From the NCBI RefSeq assembly GCF_021869535.1, contig NW_026262734.1, positions 22,258,001 through 22,322,000 of the forward strand: DNA of 64,000 bases, written 5' to 3'. Positions 10,658-22,859 of the stretch are shown here, in pieces. The notes under the pieces are model-generated. The model did no database searches and had not been told where the DNA came from. It saw nothing but the letters and a program-made list of their open reading frames with translations. This DNA is from Mytilus californianus. Its lineage: Eukaryota. The number at the start of each line of letters is the position of its first letter. Within the stretch, counting starts at the first letter, position 1. The position numbers and the translations under genes were made by a program.

Positions 10658-12135
10658 AGAATAAAATTGAGAATGGAAATGGGGAATGTGTCAAAGAGAC
10701 AACAACCCGACCAAAGAGCAGTAAACAGCCCAAGGCCACCAATGGGTCTTCAACACAGCTGTCCCCTAAACAAAAATGTGCACTAGTTCAGTGAAAATGG
10801 ACGTCACACTAAACTCCAAAACATATAAATGAACTAAAATTAAAAACATACAAGACTAACAAAGGCCAGAGGCTCCTGACTTTGGACAGGCACAAAAATG
10901 TGGCAGGGTTAAACATGTTTTGTGAGATGTCAACCCTCCCCCTATACCTCTAGCCAATGTAGAATAAACAAACACACAGCAATATGCACAGTAAAACTCA
11001 GTTTAAAAGAAGTTCGAGTCCGATGTCAGAATAGGTAACAAAAGAAACTAAGCAAAATGACAATGATACATAAATTAGCAAAGGACTACTAGCAGTTACT
11101 GACATGCCAGCTCCAGACCTCAATTCAACTGATTGAAAGATTATGTCTTCATCATATGAAAATCAAGCACAATCCCTCCCGTTAGGAGTTTAGTATCATA
11201 CCATCATAAAATATATGAGAAGAACATAACCTGTATCATGCCAACAACTGGTTTTAGAATAAATGTGTTTATTTCCGATGCAAAGACCCTATGAGTGAAT
11301 CAATATTAATACCAAAATATGCCATCTTTAATGATCTGACAACAGTATCGTAACTATATCCCTTCTAAATAAGTCTGTTTAAAGGTTTGGTTAGCTTTTG
11401 AGGTGAATGCAGACATTTTTGTGCTTTGTATAGAATATTACCATAAAAGATTGGATGTGATATACCTGAACATATAAGATGTCTGCATGTTGATTTATAT
11501 TTACAAATGATGTCCTTGTACCAATGATAAAATTTAGTAAACTTTTTGACTAGTTTGTGATATCGAAATCCCTGGTGTAATAATTTTTCAGTAACACAGA
11601 GAATTCTTTCGTTAAAATCAAATACGTTGTTACATACACGAGCGAATCGAACAAGTTGAGATATATAAACACCATAAGATGGTGACAAGGGAACTTTTGG
11701 TATTAAGCTTCCCGTTAAAGATATAGATAATTAGATATCAAGATCCATGAAAGGGCAGTGGTTATTGTTAGTATTAGCTTTATTTAAAGTCAGTTCAGCA
11801 GGATAAATCTCTTTAGTGTACATTCTGAAGTCATTATTGAGAGCCAATATATCATCCAAATATCTAAAAGTGTTTTTATATTTTTGTATCAGATGTTGTT
11901 TGGATGGGTCTTTGCTGATTTTAGTCATAAATTGTAACTCATAACAATACAGAAACAGGTCCGCAATAAGTGGTGCACAGTTAGTCCCCATTGGAATTCT
12001 GATAACTTGATGATATACAGAATCTCCATAGCGAACAATAATGTTATCTAGTAAAAATTCAAGGGCAGTTATCGTATCAAAGCAGGTCCAATTGACATAG
12101 TTCTTGTGTTTGTTGTTACTTAAAAATGACTACTT
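10658..12135 (-). mobile_element. 5'-truncated Penelope-like retroelement (Naiad-type RT) relic with long 3' UTR
   Basis: IPMGTNCAPLIADLFLYCYE, FRYLDDILALNN, CPFMDLDI and SPSYGVYISQLVRFARVC motifs; internal deletion and frameshift between ORFs 11731-11991 and 11365-11688. Confidence 0.8.
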
Positions 12136-12380
12136 TTATTGAAGTTTTTTTCATTGGGCTGCCCGCTCTCTAATGTTTTCAAACAGCTTTTTTCTTATAT
12201 TCATTATCACGATTATTTCTTTTGTTTTAAATGTTTTTGAAATTAAATATTAATGAATTCAAACTCAACGGAGCAAACAACAATCAATCAATCACAATCT
12301 AACATAGATATCCTTACAGAGGCATCATGCATCAAATCAGAAACCTGGAGGCCAAAGTATTTACCGCATGACATGGATAT

Positions 12381-12563
12381 TACTGTAAACCAACTAATTT
12401 TCGCGAACGATTTATTTTCGTCGCGAATATGTAAAACTTGGATCTTTCCTTATTTAACTACGTTAAGTTAATTTGAAAATCGTGAAATTAAATCGCCGCG
12501 AAATAGACTAGAAAGGGATAAACGCGAAATAAAGTATCCGCGAAAATAAGTTTGTTTACAGTA
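12381..12563. mobile_element. TA-flanked MITE
   Basis: ~25-bp TIR tactgtaaaccaactaattttcgcg / cgcgaaaataagtttgtttacagta. Confidence 0.85.
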
Positions 12564-13023
12564 TTCATTATGTAAAATAAATTAACAACAAACCTGTTTA
12601 CACAGTCATGTCAGTACTCATCTGGAACTAAAACGTTTCTCTGACCATTAAAAGATAAAATTCACAATGTGTGTGGATATTATAAAAATGCTTATTTACC
12701 GTAGTGAGCAGGAGCTGTTGAACCTTCTAATTCTAGAGTACCTGAGTTCATCCCTTGTTTAAGGTGGGTTTGATGTTGATTAATTCTTAGTTTTTGGAGT
12801 AGTGTCACATTTGTGGACTGTTATTTGTGTTTTCGTTGTTTATCTTTTGGCAGTGGTGTTATCTAGTTTTCTTTCACTTGTGGTTGCTCCTTGATGGCTT
12901 TTCTACATTTACACCGGTTTTCAATAAGGCAGTATTCACCACAGTGTTTAATTCAACATTATCATAAAAACAAAACAAAATAAATGTAAGCATGTCAGAG
13001 TCCCTATAATTATAATTACTAAC

Positions 13024-13172
13024 CTCAACAGGAAGAAGTATCTGTAGTTTGGTGATAGTTTTGACATACGTTGGTGTGTCTGAAAACTGGGACAATGTAA
13101 GGACAGGACTTTTCAAATTAATACTAGCCATGCCTATCTCTCCTCTGGCAAGACCTCTTCCTTCTACAACAG
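13024..13172 (-). CDS. MSH4: MSH4 coding exon 4
   Basis: [50 protein letters not shown] is near-identical to recalled human MSH4 [23 protein letters not shown]; 149 nt, phases 1 and 0. Confidence 0.97.
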
Positions 13173-13528
13173 CTGTGTGAAAAAAATTAATAATTTGCAA
13201 TATACAAATGTATTTTCAACTTAAATATGCATGGACTATGGAGAATATTTACATAATATGAAAATAAGGAGATGTGGTATGATTGCCTATGATATAATTA
13301 CAGAAAGAGTAGACAAAAGGTAGTGCATTACTATATTTTTTTTGCTTATTGGATTTTAATGTGTTGAATATAAAGCTGAAATGTTTGAACTTAGAAAAAT
13401 TAAATGTCCCATGTTCTCCCAGTAAATTTATTCGTAATTGGTCCTTTGCATACCTTTGAAGTACTTTTGTGATAAGTTTTATCAATTCATTGTATGACAA
13501 ATGTAAAATTGTACTAGAGAGGTCATAC

Positions 13529-13794
13529 CAACAATAACAGATGAGTTGACATCCATTGGTGTTGTACTGGAGTATGGTGTCTTCCTCTTACTGCCAGGGG
13601 TTGTAATAGAGGTACTGCCTCTCCGACCTGGTGTGTATGATGAAGTACTTCTCCTCCCTGGAGTGTATGATGTGGAGCTCCCTCTTCCAGGCGTATATGA
13701 CATGGAACTCCCGTGGCTGGGCGTGAAGGATGAAGAGCTTCTTTGTCCTGGAGTATACAAGTTTGAGTTCCCTCGGCCAGTAGTGTATGAAGAA
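13529..13794 (-). CDS. MSH4: MSH4 coding exon 3: Ser/Thr/Pro-rich decapeptide repeats (30-bp unit)
   Basis: Acceptor gacttcag|T and donor G|gtatga; 266 nt, phases 2 and 1; only the SYTPGR frame joins ...SSVIV to AVVEGRG as in human MSH4. Confidence 0.85.
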
Positions 13795-14128
13795 CTGAAG
13801 TCAAAGCATAAAGTCTAAGGATTTGTAGGTGAATACTAAAATGGCAAATTTTTTTAGGGTTGTCAAGAAAATCACAAGATCTTATTTTGAGATTTCATGT
13901 GCGGGTATATACAGATCCTAACTAAAGTTAAGAGTGCTTATCTTGATTTTGTCAAAATATTTTTAGATAGGCCAAAAAATTAGGGACAGCCAAGCATTAA
14001 AGAATAATGTCTGTTTTTCTTTTGGCCTTATGCAAATTACATGATAAATCTTTTAATCTTGATATTGAACGTATGATAAACAATAGGAAAAGAGTCCATT
14101 GGACTATCAATGTTCTAATTTTTAGTAC

Positions 14129-14240
14129 CTGGATACCGAGTGATTAGGTCTGACTGATGATGTATTAGTACTGGTACTGTCATTTTGGTTGTTCACTGGA
14201 GTCTCCAATATATCCAGTTCTGAAAAAAAATCATTCAGTT
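14129..14240 (-). CDS. MSH4: MSH4 coding exon 2
   Basis: ttttctttag acceptor, CCAG|gtacta donor; 112 nt, phases 1 and 2; QLNDFFSELDILETPVNNQNDSTSTNTSSVRPNHSVS; an in-frame alternative acceptor would start the exon at 14219. Confidence 0.75.
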
Positions 14241-14759
14241 CTAAAGAAAATAACAGTAACAATCTAAATAATCTGGTCAAGTATGACTTCAAAAGGATTA
14301 CTGTACATTTAGTTTGTGAGTTAATCGCAGATCGCACATCAACAATTATATAAACCACTAGAAAAAATTTAATTTGTTTAATCCTATAGTATATATCGTA
14401 CAACACAAATGCTTCAAGTGGTAACTTTAAGAACAATGGGAAAGATTCATACACTTTATGAAAGACAAACGATTCTTGAAATGACTTATATCAGGAACTA
14501 TATATATGGGATTTGAAAATTACTATAGTCATAATAGTGTTATCTTGTGCCACTTTATAAAGTTTTGAGTCCTGGTAACATGCATTAGCTTACAATTCAG
14601 CTCACAGACATTATACATGTTATATGTGTTTTCCAGCTGATATGTTGACTTATTAATATATAAAAAGTTTTGTTTTAGTCAAAACGGAACAAATGTTAAA
14701 TTTTAATGAACTTGTACATTTTCTAATACATTTATCATTGTTTATATTGCATTACTTAC

Positions 14760-14796
14760 GATATTTGGGTTTCTTAGCATCCGACTGAAACATCAT
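14760..14796 (-). CDS. MSH4: MSH4 probable first coding segment (MMFQSDAKKPKY); exon begins at 14835 with 5' UTR
   Basis: ttattttcag acceptor, ATGATG start and C|gtaagt donor in phase 1, matching the next exon; a possible non-coding exon with donor ACG|gtaaac ends at 15184. Confidence 0.7.
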
Positions 14797-16051
14797 CAAC
14801 TAATGGATCAAAGTAATATACAAGAAATCATAAATCTGAAAATAAATAATCTTATAGTAATACAAAATAAAAGAAGAATATGTCCATGGGACACAGACAT
14901 GACAGATGACCCTTGTTGTTAATTTGCAAGGTCAATGTTCTTATTCAAATCTACTGAAGTTTTTTTTCTCTCTCAAACTTAATGACATTTGTTTCTGACT
15001 ATAACGCAAATTGCACCAAGTTCCCAAATTGCACCAATTTAGCAAAATAGCAGGGAAAATCTTATGAGTTTTCTTAAGAGACTAAACAATTTATATTTTT
15101 ATTATTTGACATTATGCACGTCTTTCAACTATCTAAATATGCACAAAACATTCACAGTATATATAAATCGATGAAGTGTTTACCGTAAAAAGTAAAATCT
15201 ACGAAAACGTCGCCATGCGACATACACAAATAGTCAGTTTCTAAAAATGAGCAATTAAATATATATATATATATTGTTACAGGCATCCATTTAAAAAAAA
15301 TTAATAGTTAGCATGGAATATAGTCAAATTGTTCTGAATATTTGGAGAAATAAAACAAAACATCAGTTATTCGATTTTTACGGATGTTAATCTAAGCATG
15401 GATGCAATTTTGGTATTCCTTATTATAGTCTAGAATTATGGATCGTTTGGAGGTCATGCAGTTCAACCCCATTTTTTCTATGATTCAATATGGATTTAAA
15501 ATTAAATTGTTGGAAGCATATAGCAATTAAGGATACATATTCAAAAATAAACACAGAATGGAAACTTTTGTCTTGGTCATAAATAAACGTATGTGAAACA
15601 AAAAGTCAAAATAGGTGCAATTTGGGTACCCTCACATTATAGACTTTAGAGATTGATTGGGTGTTTGAGTGCTCTCATTGTTGAATAACAAATAGGTGAA
15701 ATATACATAGCTATCAAAATGTAGGTGACGAATACTTTTGGACGCGTACAAAATGTACTCAGTCAGGTACTGTATCTTCAGATCTTGTCGGCTTTGAATT
15801 TAAGCTTATCTGATTTGAATCAGTACACTCCCGATGAAAAATAATTTTGAATACGAACACAAAAATGTGTTATCCATATGATCGACAATCTTTTGTTTGT
15901 CCTTTTTTCTGAACTGGTTACGCTAACGAATCGTTAACAAGATGCAAGCTGAGGATGCAAGTGGGAAAGACCACGGAGATACTAAAGTAGGGGGAAGGAA
16001 CGAACAACAAGGTGTGTAAAAAATTATCCGTTATATTTTTTTTATATATGT

Positions 16052-16352
16052 GGGTTCGTGGTCTAGTGGTTAAGACCGATGGCTTCAGTGCTTAAGGTCC
16101 CGAGTTCGATTCTGACTCGGGGAGCTAAAAATATCAGAACATCAGACGGGTGATTTTCACGCTCCCACACACATCTCTTGTACCCAGACCGGAGTTTAAA
16201 CTAGAATGGGTACTTTGGGCCCGGACTTTGGGGGCCTCGGTTGGTCAAAGTTGCCACCGACTTTGACCTGGAGATCAATCTGCTGATATCTCTTTGGTTT
16301 GTCTGTTTCCGCCGAGCAGCCCGGTGTACATACATACATACATACATACATA
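16052..16352 (+). mobile_element. tRNA-derived SINE with (TACA)n tail
   Basis: A box TGGTCTAGTGG, D-stem GGTCT/AGACC, B box GTTCGATTC, T-stem CCGAG/CTCGG; unpaired anticodon stem; ~200-bp body, then tacatacatacatacatacataca. Confidence 0.8.
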
Positions 16353-18303
16353 GTAGTACTTGTGCTATTAATATTCATAATATGTAAATGAGAATTGTAC
16401 CACGTGATAATAGTTTGAACTGGACTGGCTTGATATCATTAAAATCTTTAAAACACGGATATTATAAGTTGCCCGTCACAGAGTCCTTACGGTTTATAAT
16501 CACTCTGATATTTCCGTTAAGTTGTCAGGCGGTCAAAATCAAAACAATGAACGCGAATTTAGTGAATTTTTCGTGTTTTCGTGAGTTTATTCTTCTTGAA
16601 ATAGGGGCATTTTAACTTTACGTGGGAACCTAAAGTTCAACGACTACACATACAAGGTTTGGACTTGCTTATTCTTTGGACATTCAAGTTTCAAGTTTCA
16701 TCCCGGCAACCTGTTTTTGTAATGACCTTGTTAGCCAATTTTCAACACAAAGTTATCAAATTTGACGTTTCAGCCATTTTAGCCTGTATTTTATACTGCA
16801 ATGTTAAAATTTAAAGCCTCTCGCTTCGATTTTTAAAATAGCTCAGGAACCTTGATTTTTGCAACGATAGTCATTATGTTTCGTTTAAATGGTGTATATT
16901 GTTGTGTATATTTATTTTCTGTCCCGGCAACCTGTCTATCACTTAAATTAAAGTTGAAAACAGACATTTTTTTCAAAATTCCCTATCATTTCAATATAAT
17001 TTCCGTGACCCGTATCCGATTTCTTTAGTATAATATTCAAATAAGCAAAGTGGCGTTGATTTCTGGATATGCCATAATAAAGTAGTAGATGAGGTTCACT
17101 TCTTCTTTGAGTGTTCTTGTCTCAAAAAAAATGTACTAGACAAACTTCTCTCATTTGTCATCTGATTATAAATTAATTTTAGTTATTCAGTAATAATTCA
17201 ATTTTGGATGTAACACGCGTTGCCGTATGTCTTCTGATTGTCTGAAAGTTTTTGTCTATCACCTCATAGACATAATTTTGTCATGTGACCGTGACGTCAT
17301 CAACGTTTTTTTATGATTTACTCCTTAAAAATGGAATTTAGAATTACATTATAAGGAATGACTGTTATAATATTTTTCTGTTTATTCGAAAAAAAAAACT
17401 CAAAAATGCTACGCGGCTTATTCAGTGTGTATAACTAGTTTAATTTATCAATCATCAATACGCTTTTGGGATCATCGGGATGTAGGGGATAAAAAAGTGA
17501 GATCTGGGAAAAAAGACTATGGAGAAAAGGTGTGAAATCGGAACAAATTGCAGAAAAAAGAGAGATTTGGGAAAGGTGCAACCCCGTTTAAGCATAATCG
17601 TACATTATTTTTTTTTAAAGTCGATTTCTACTGTTTGCACCAAGATTAATGATGATACTACTATATTGCGTTACACCATGCCTGAAGGTTCCAAGAAACC
17701 TTGACAAATTATTATTGCAAAGTGGGATTTAGTTGGGCCTTGCGAATCTAAATACTAATATATGATTAAGGCATAGACTTTTTACAAGTTCCACTCCTAA
17801 CGTTGTCTTGGTGCCCCCTATCAAAATCCTGGATCCAAGTCTATATTGTGTATAATAGCAGTACGTGGAATAATACAATGAAGTATATGTCTCTGGTAAT
17901 GGCAGTTTCATGGTATATCATGATTAATATCAATCTCCGGTATTAGAAGATCACCGAATCACGACTGAAAAGCTCCTAAAGCTATTGAATATTCGATTGG
18001 CATTTAGTAAAGGAAATACTCTAATACATACGTCATGTAAAGCCAAATCATTGACAGAAGAAATGTAGATCACGGTGACTTGCTTTTGATATTTTACGCA
18101 ACCAACGCATTGTTTGTGGGATATTCCGAGGCAATTTCAGCATAAGAGCTTAAATCGGATCTCATGCATACAAAATTGTGATAATCAGTAATTACTGACT
18201 TGTAACCAACACCATAAGAAAATGCCAAAAATAACAGATTTCTTCTTTAATATGTTCTAAATAAAATGAGGTATGTATTGATGTATATTGTAAAAACGTA
18301 TTT

Positions 18304-18954
18304 TCATATTTTAGAAATAGTGTATAGATGTAATCCTGCGAAGCCATAAGATTCTAGTTTTTCATCAGCTTTCAGGAAATCACTTTCTTCCACTCTGAAT
18401 CCACCATTGAACCAAGTCCTAAGTTTTTCACAAGTAACTGATAATTCGTCTGCAACGGTCAGATTTATGCATTTATTTCCCATAAGCGATTTGATAATAT
18501 TAACATACTTGTCCTGGTCTGCCAAGTTGACGGCATTAAGAGCACCACTATCCCAAACTGCCCCAAATTCACTTTCAATAGTTGAGTTAAACAGATAGAA
18601 ATCGCAGCAATATAACCGTATTCTTCCATCATCACTTTTATATAATTTCCCTTTGACCTCCGGAATTTCTACAATACTATAATCGATTTTGTTCTCTGCA
18701 AAAAAATCTTTAAGTGCTTCCTCACCACATTCGACGCCGATAACTTCATGTCCTTTATCCCAAAGCCATTTCATTTCTACAACTTTTCCACAAAAGGGGA
18801 TAAACGTTTTTACTTTTTCACGACTGTTTAACATTTTGTCAACATGTTTGGTAAACATCAAGCAAAGTTCTGGTATAACAAAATCTGTTTTACCATCTTT
18901 CCACAATTGCCTCCACTCGTCCACATTCACATCACCAGTATAATCTTCTTCCAT
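18304..18954 (-). CDS. TPMT: Thiopurine S-methyltransferase-like, copy 1 (216 aa, intronless CDS)
   Basis: FIPFCGKVVEMKWLWDKGHEVIGVE resembles human [24 protein letters not shown]; also LYCCDFY and VWDSGALNAV; acceptor tcgtag six nt before the ATG. Confidence 0.9.
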   Translation of the reverse strand: MEEDYTGDVNVDEWRQLWKDGKTDFVIPELCLMFTKHVDKMLNSREKVKTFIPFCGKVVEMKWLWDKGHEVIGVECGEEALKDFFAENKIDYSIVEIPEVKGKLYKSDDGRIRLYCCDFYLFNSTIESEFGAVWDSGALNAVNLADQDKYVNIIKSLMGNKCINLTVADELSVTCEKLRTWFNGGFRVEESDFLKADEKLESYGFAGLHLYTISKI

Positions 18955-19547
18955 TACAACCTACGATAAAACATATAAATGCTGCATTTAGAAATAACGA
19001 TATTTTCATGGATTTTCTCTTACAGCGTTGTTAGACTAGGTCAGCAACTACCACACTTTAACCTTAGCGCGTTCTAGAAACACTCATTTCAGAGAGTTTG
19101 GTAGTATAAAAATAAGAGATGTTGTTTGATTGCCAATGATACCACTATCCACCAGCAACCTGAGGACGAGGATGCAATCATTTATAGGTCACCATACAGC
19201 TTTCAACAATAAGCAAAACCCTAACGTTATAACAATTCAAAAGAAAAACCAACAACTCGATCTATTTCGTGCTAAAACAACAAATGAAAAACAATTAAAA
19301 CGGACAGCAACCAACGACAACCACTGAAAAACAAGATCATGACTTGGAACAGCGCTCAAACCCCTACCCTTGGACAGTGTTGTAGTCATTTCTAACGTTA
19401 GATCATCAAAATCTCTTACAATGGCAAACGCTAAAATATTTTTCAGATAAGGTTGGTCTTCAAATGGACAAAAATGCTGGCAGATCTATAATACAATATT
19501 TTAAAAGGAGGACTATTTTAATTGTTGCTGAAATTAAACGTTCTTTC

Positions 19548-19882
19548 TACACAGGCAAATTTTCCGAGGGGCAATACGTGATCTTCACGTTAATTTCACG
19601 TATAATGAGATTCACATGAATTTCATGTGAAATTTTTCATGTGAATATTACAAAAAATGATATTTTTCATATTTTAATTAAATTTGAAAATTAAGATGTT
19701 ATTTGAATAACTTTATTTTGAAAATTCACGTGAATTTCGCATGAAAAAAGTCAGGTCCTCTCGTGAAATCTACGTTAATTTCACATGACATTCACGTGAA
19801 ACTCCCATGAAATCAGTTCACGTGAGTTTCACGTATAAGCTCGTTTGAGGTGAAATTCACGTTAGTGATATTTTCCTGTGTA
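19548..19882. mobile_element. TA-flanked MITE rich in TTCACGTGAA palindromes
   Basis: Ends tacacaggcaaa / ttttcctgtgta with many internal ttcacgt/ttcacatgaa motifs. Confidence 0.7.
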
Positions 19883-21760
19883 GACCTGTCAAGATACGAT
19901 TTGAATATAGTAAACACACTTCTGATCTGCTACATATTTAAGACTATAGGACAAATATATTTGACAACACAATATGTAAAGACGGAATGTTGAGAGAACA
20001 AACATGAGATATCTTCAGTAAATGCAGGCCGGGCATGTTTACATGAAAAAAATGAAAAAGGAATAAACTTGAGATTAAGGATCCATTCAAATGAGGGTCA
20101 AAATGGTATGCGATATTCTACCAAAATATAATACCCAAAGTATCTTAAGACTAGGTGGAAAGAATTTATATTTTACAACATGGAAGATGATGTCATTCGG
20201 GCATGCTATTATAAACAGGTACCAGGAACACACATACCAAACTTACTGTACTTCAATTTCTGCAATGACAGTCCATTTGTGTCTGACTTTTGGTCAGTAA
20301 ATATATAAACTTATTGCCATGCATATGTGTGCCTTTTTAAAAAAATGTCCATTTTTGACAACTGGAAAATGAACAAACAAATGTTGAGAAATAAGTGATT
20401 TAATTGTACATGTCAATACTTTAACATCAGTATAAACTAAATACAAAATATGCTACCTTAAACTGAACGGTAAGTTTGACAACAACTCTGTAAAAGTGAA
20501 CATGATGTACCAAGATGTCCCCTTCGCAACGATTTTTTAAGGCTCTACCATGCTAAAAAATTATAATTTAAAAGGTATTTTTTCTTCAAGAATCTGACAA
20601 AATAAATGATTTTATACGGTTTAACTATTTGATTTGCAATTATAACTACTAGAAAATATTGAAAGCCGTTTTTAAAATATTCACAAATGTCCATTGCGTA
20701 ACGACATATGTCCCCTATGAAAAGCTCTGTGTCCACTTCGAAACGAAATGTTGCGTAGTGGACCGTGTTAGCAGCTATTGTTGTTACACGCGGTTTCTCA
20801 GATACTTGTTTTTATGATTATTGTCTTAGATAATACATTTTATTTCATAAACTCCACGTTTTTTATGATTTGAGGTCAACATTTCTTAAAAAAAAGACGT
20901 TGCAAAGTTGACAAGTAAAAAAGTACGCTATCAATAGGACTTGCCAATTGATTCAATGCAAACGAACTATATCATCAGCACCCAAAGATGACCGCCATTT
21001 TACTTAATGAAGTTGTATTAGGGGCAAGTAAAAGAAAAGACTACAATTTGAATAAAAGAAAGATTATAAATTTACCAATTGTTTGTTGTCGTTGCGAAGT
21101 GGACATTTTTTCATGGACGCCGCTTAAAAGTTACAAGCACAATTTGAACTTGAATACTTTTTGTAATGTAGCTCTATGACAAAACATTGGAAAAGGAGCA
21201 AAAAAATTAGAAAATTGTATGAAATTTTGCCGCGGAAAATTTGAATAAACTTTCAAATGTGGACAGAGCGTTTTTGCTGTTTTTGAGCCCTTTGGTCTGA
21301 TATTTTTAGAGAGTCCTTAAAACCAGAGACATATAATACAACTTTATTATGTAACTCAATTCCCCTTTTTACCTTCATAAAAATAACAAAAACGCCACGG
21401 TAATAATATGCAACTTCTGCAGCAATAGAGACAGGTCTGCATATTGATGACGTATTCTGATAATTTTAAGTTATGATAATTATGAATTTTCTATGAACAT
21501 TTTTGTTTTTCGTGGTTCAGTGTCATTAACATCAGTCCCATATCTCCATGTATCATTAATACGTGCAATGAACATGTAAAGGCAATGCTTTATTTTTAAA
21601 AATGATTTTCGAAATTATTTGAAATTTAAACAATTCAAAATAATGACAACATAACAGTATGCGAAATCAGATATAGTATCATTTATTATGTTTTTCAGAA
21701 GAAAGAAACAAATCAAGATGTGTATTGATAAACATACTACATTGTTAATTATACAAATTG

Positions 21761-22399
21761 TCATATTTTGAATATTGTGTATAGTTGATGTCCTTTGATG
21801 CCAAAATTTTTTAGGTTTTTGTCTGCTTTCGCATAATCACTTGCTTCGACTCTGAACCCATCTGTGAACCAAGTCCTGATTTTGTCATAATTCACAGATA
21901 ACTCGTCGAGAACAGTGAGATTCACACACGTTTCCCCCATAAGTGGTTTGATGATATCAACATACTTTTCCTGTTCATCCAAGTCGACGGCAATAAGAGA
22001 ACCACTATGATCCCAAACTGCTCCAAATCCACTTTCAATAGCTGAGTTGAACTGATAAAAATCGCAGCAATACAACCGTATTCTTCCATCATCACTTTTA
22101 TATAATTTCCCTTTAACCGCCGGGATTGTTTCTACACTGTATCCGATTTTGTTCTCTTCGAAAAATTCTTTAAGTGCCTTGTCACCACAGTTGACTCCGA
22201 CAACTTCATGCCCTTTATCCCAAAGCCATTTTATTTCAACAGCTTTTCCACAGTGAGGGACAAAAGTTTTAACTTTTTCACGGCTGTTTATCAATTTGTC
22301 GACGTGTTTGGTAAACATGGTACACAGTTTTGAAGTGTGATTTGTTTTGTCTTCCTTCCACAACTTCGTCCACTTGTCCTCCGTCATGTGCTCTTCCAT
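21761..22399 (-). CDS. TPMT: TPMT-like copy 2 (212 aa, ORF open but SAM-motif substitutions)
   Basis: PHCGKAVEIKW...VVGVN (L>H, E>N) and WDHSGSL; acceptor ctttttag six nt before the ATG. Confidence 0.85.
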   Translation of the reverse strand: MEEHMTEDKWTKLWKEDKTNHTSKLCTMFTKHVDKLINSREKVKTFVPHCGKAVEIKWLWDKGHEVVGVNCGDKALKEFFEENKIGYSVETIPAVKGKLYKSDDGRIRLYCCDFYQFNSAIESGFGAVWDHSGSLIAVDLDEQEKYVDIIKPLMGETCVNLTVLDELSVNYDKIRTWFTDGFRVEASDYAKADKNLKNFGIKGHQLYTIFKI

Positions 22400-22859
22400 T
22401 TCAATCTAAAAAGAATAGAAAAATATTGTTTTTTATTCAACAACAATATTGCACATACTGTTAACAGATTTCTTCACTGGTACAGCTATTTCAGTGGAGC
22501 TCCCTGTACATTAGTACCTAAAGACCAGGGTATCTTCAGGTATATATTTATAATTTTGTTAGTATATATATTATTTATCATTAATCCATTATTTCTCTAT
22601 CATCTTACTATTATAGCTCTAAATATGAACTTTATATGAAAAAAACAGTAGTCCATAATATATTATTGTTAACTATCTCATAAATGTTGAGAGTAAAAAA
22701 TAATAACGGAAAAATATTAGTAATAAAAGACAAGAACGATAAAACATTCTGCAATAAAAAAAATATAAGGATATTGTAGGGTTGTTCTCGTACAGCGCTA
22801 TCTGGTATTAATTTTTTTTATCCAACTGTTTTGTCTTTTTCAACATGCTCAATGAGACA

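Noticed and set aside
13523-13818. Overlapping ORFs 13523-13804 (-) and 13546-13818 (+) suggesting a triple-coding region
   Set aside because: Stop-poor shadows of the GC-richer 30-bp repeat; only the SYTPGR frame splices to the conserved MSH4 exon.
16052-16125. tRNA gene, possibly tRNA-Sec because of TCA in the loop
   Set aside because: Anticodon and acceptor stems do not pair, the T loop has extra bases, there is no long variable arm, and it continues into a SINE body and tail.
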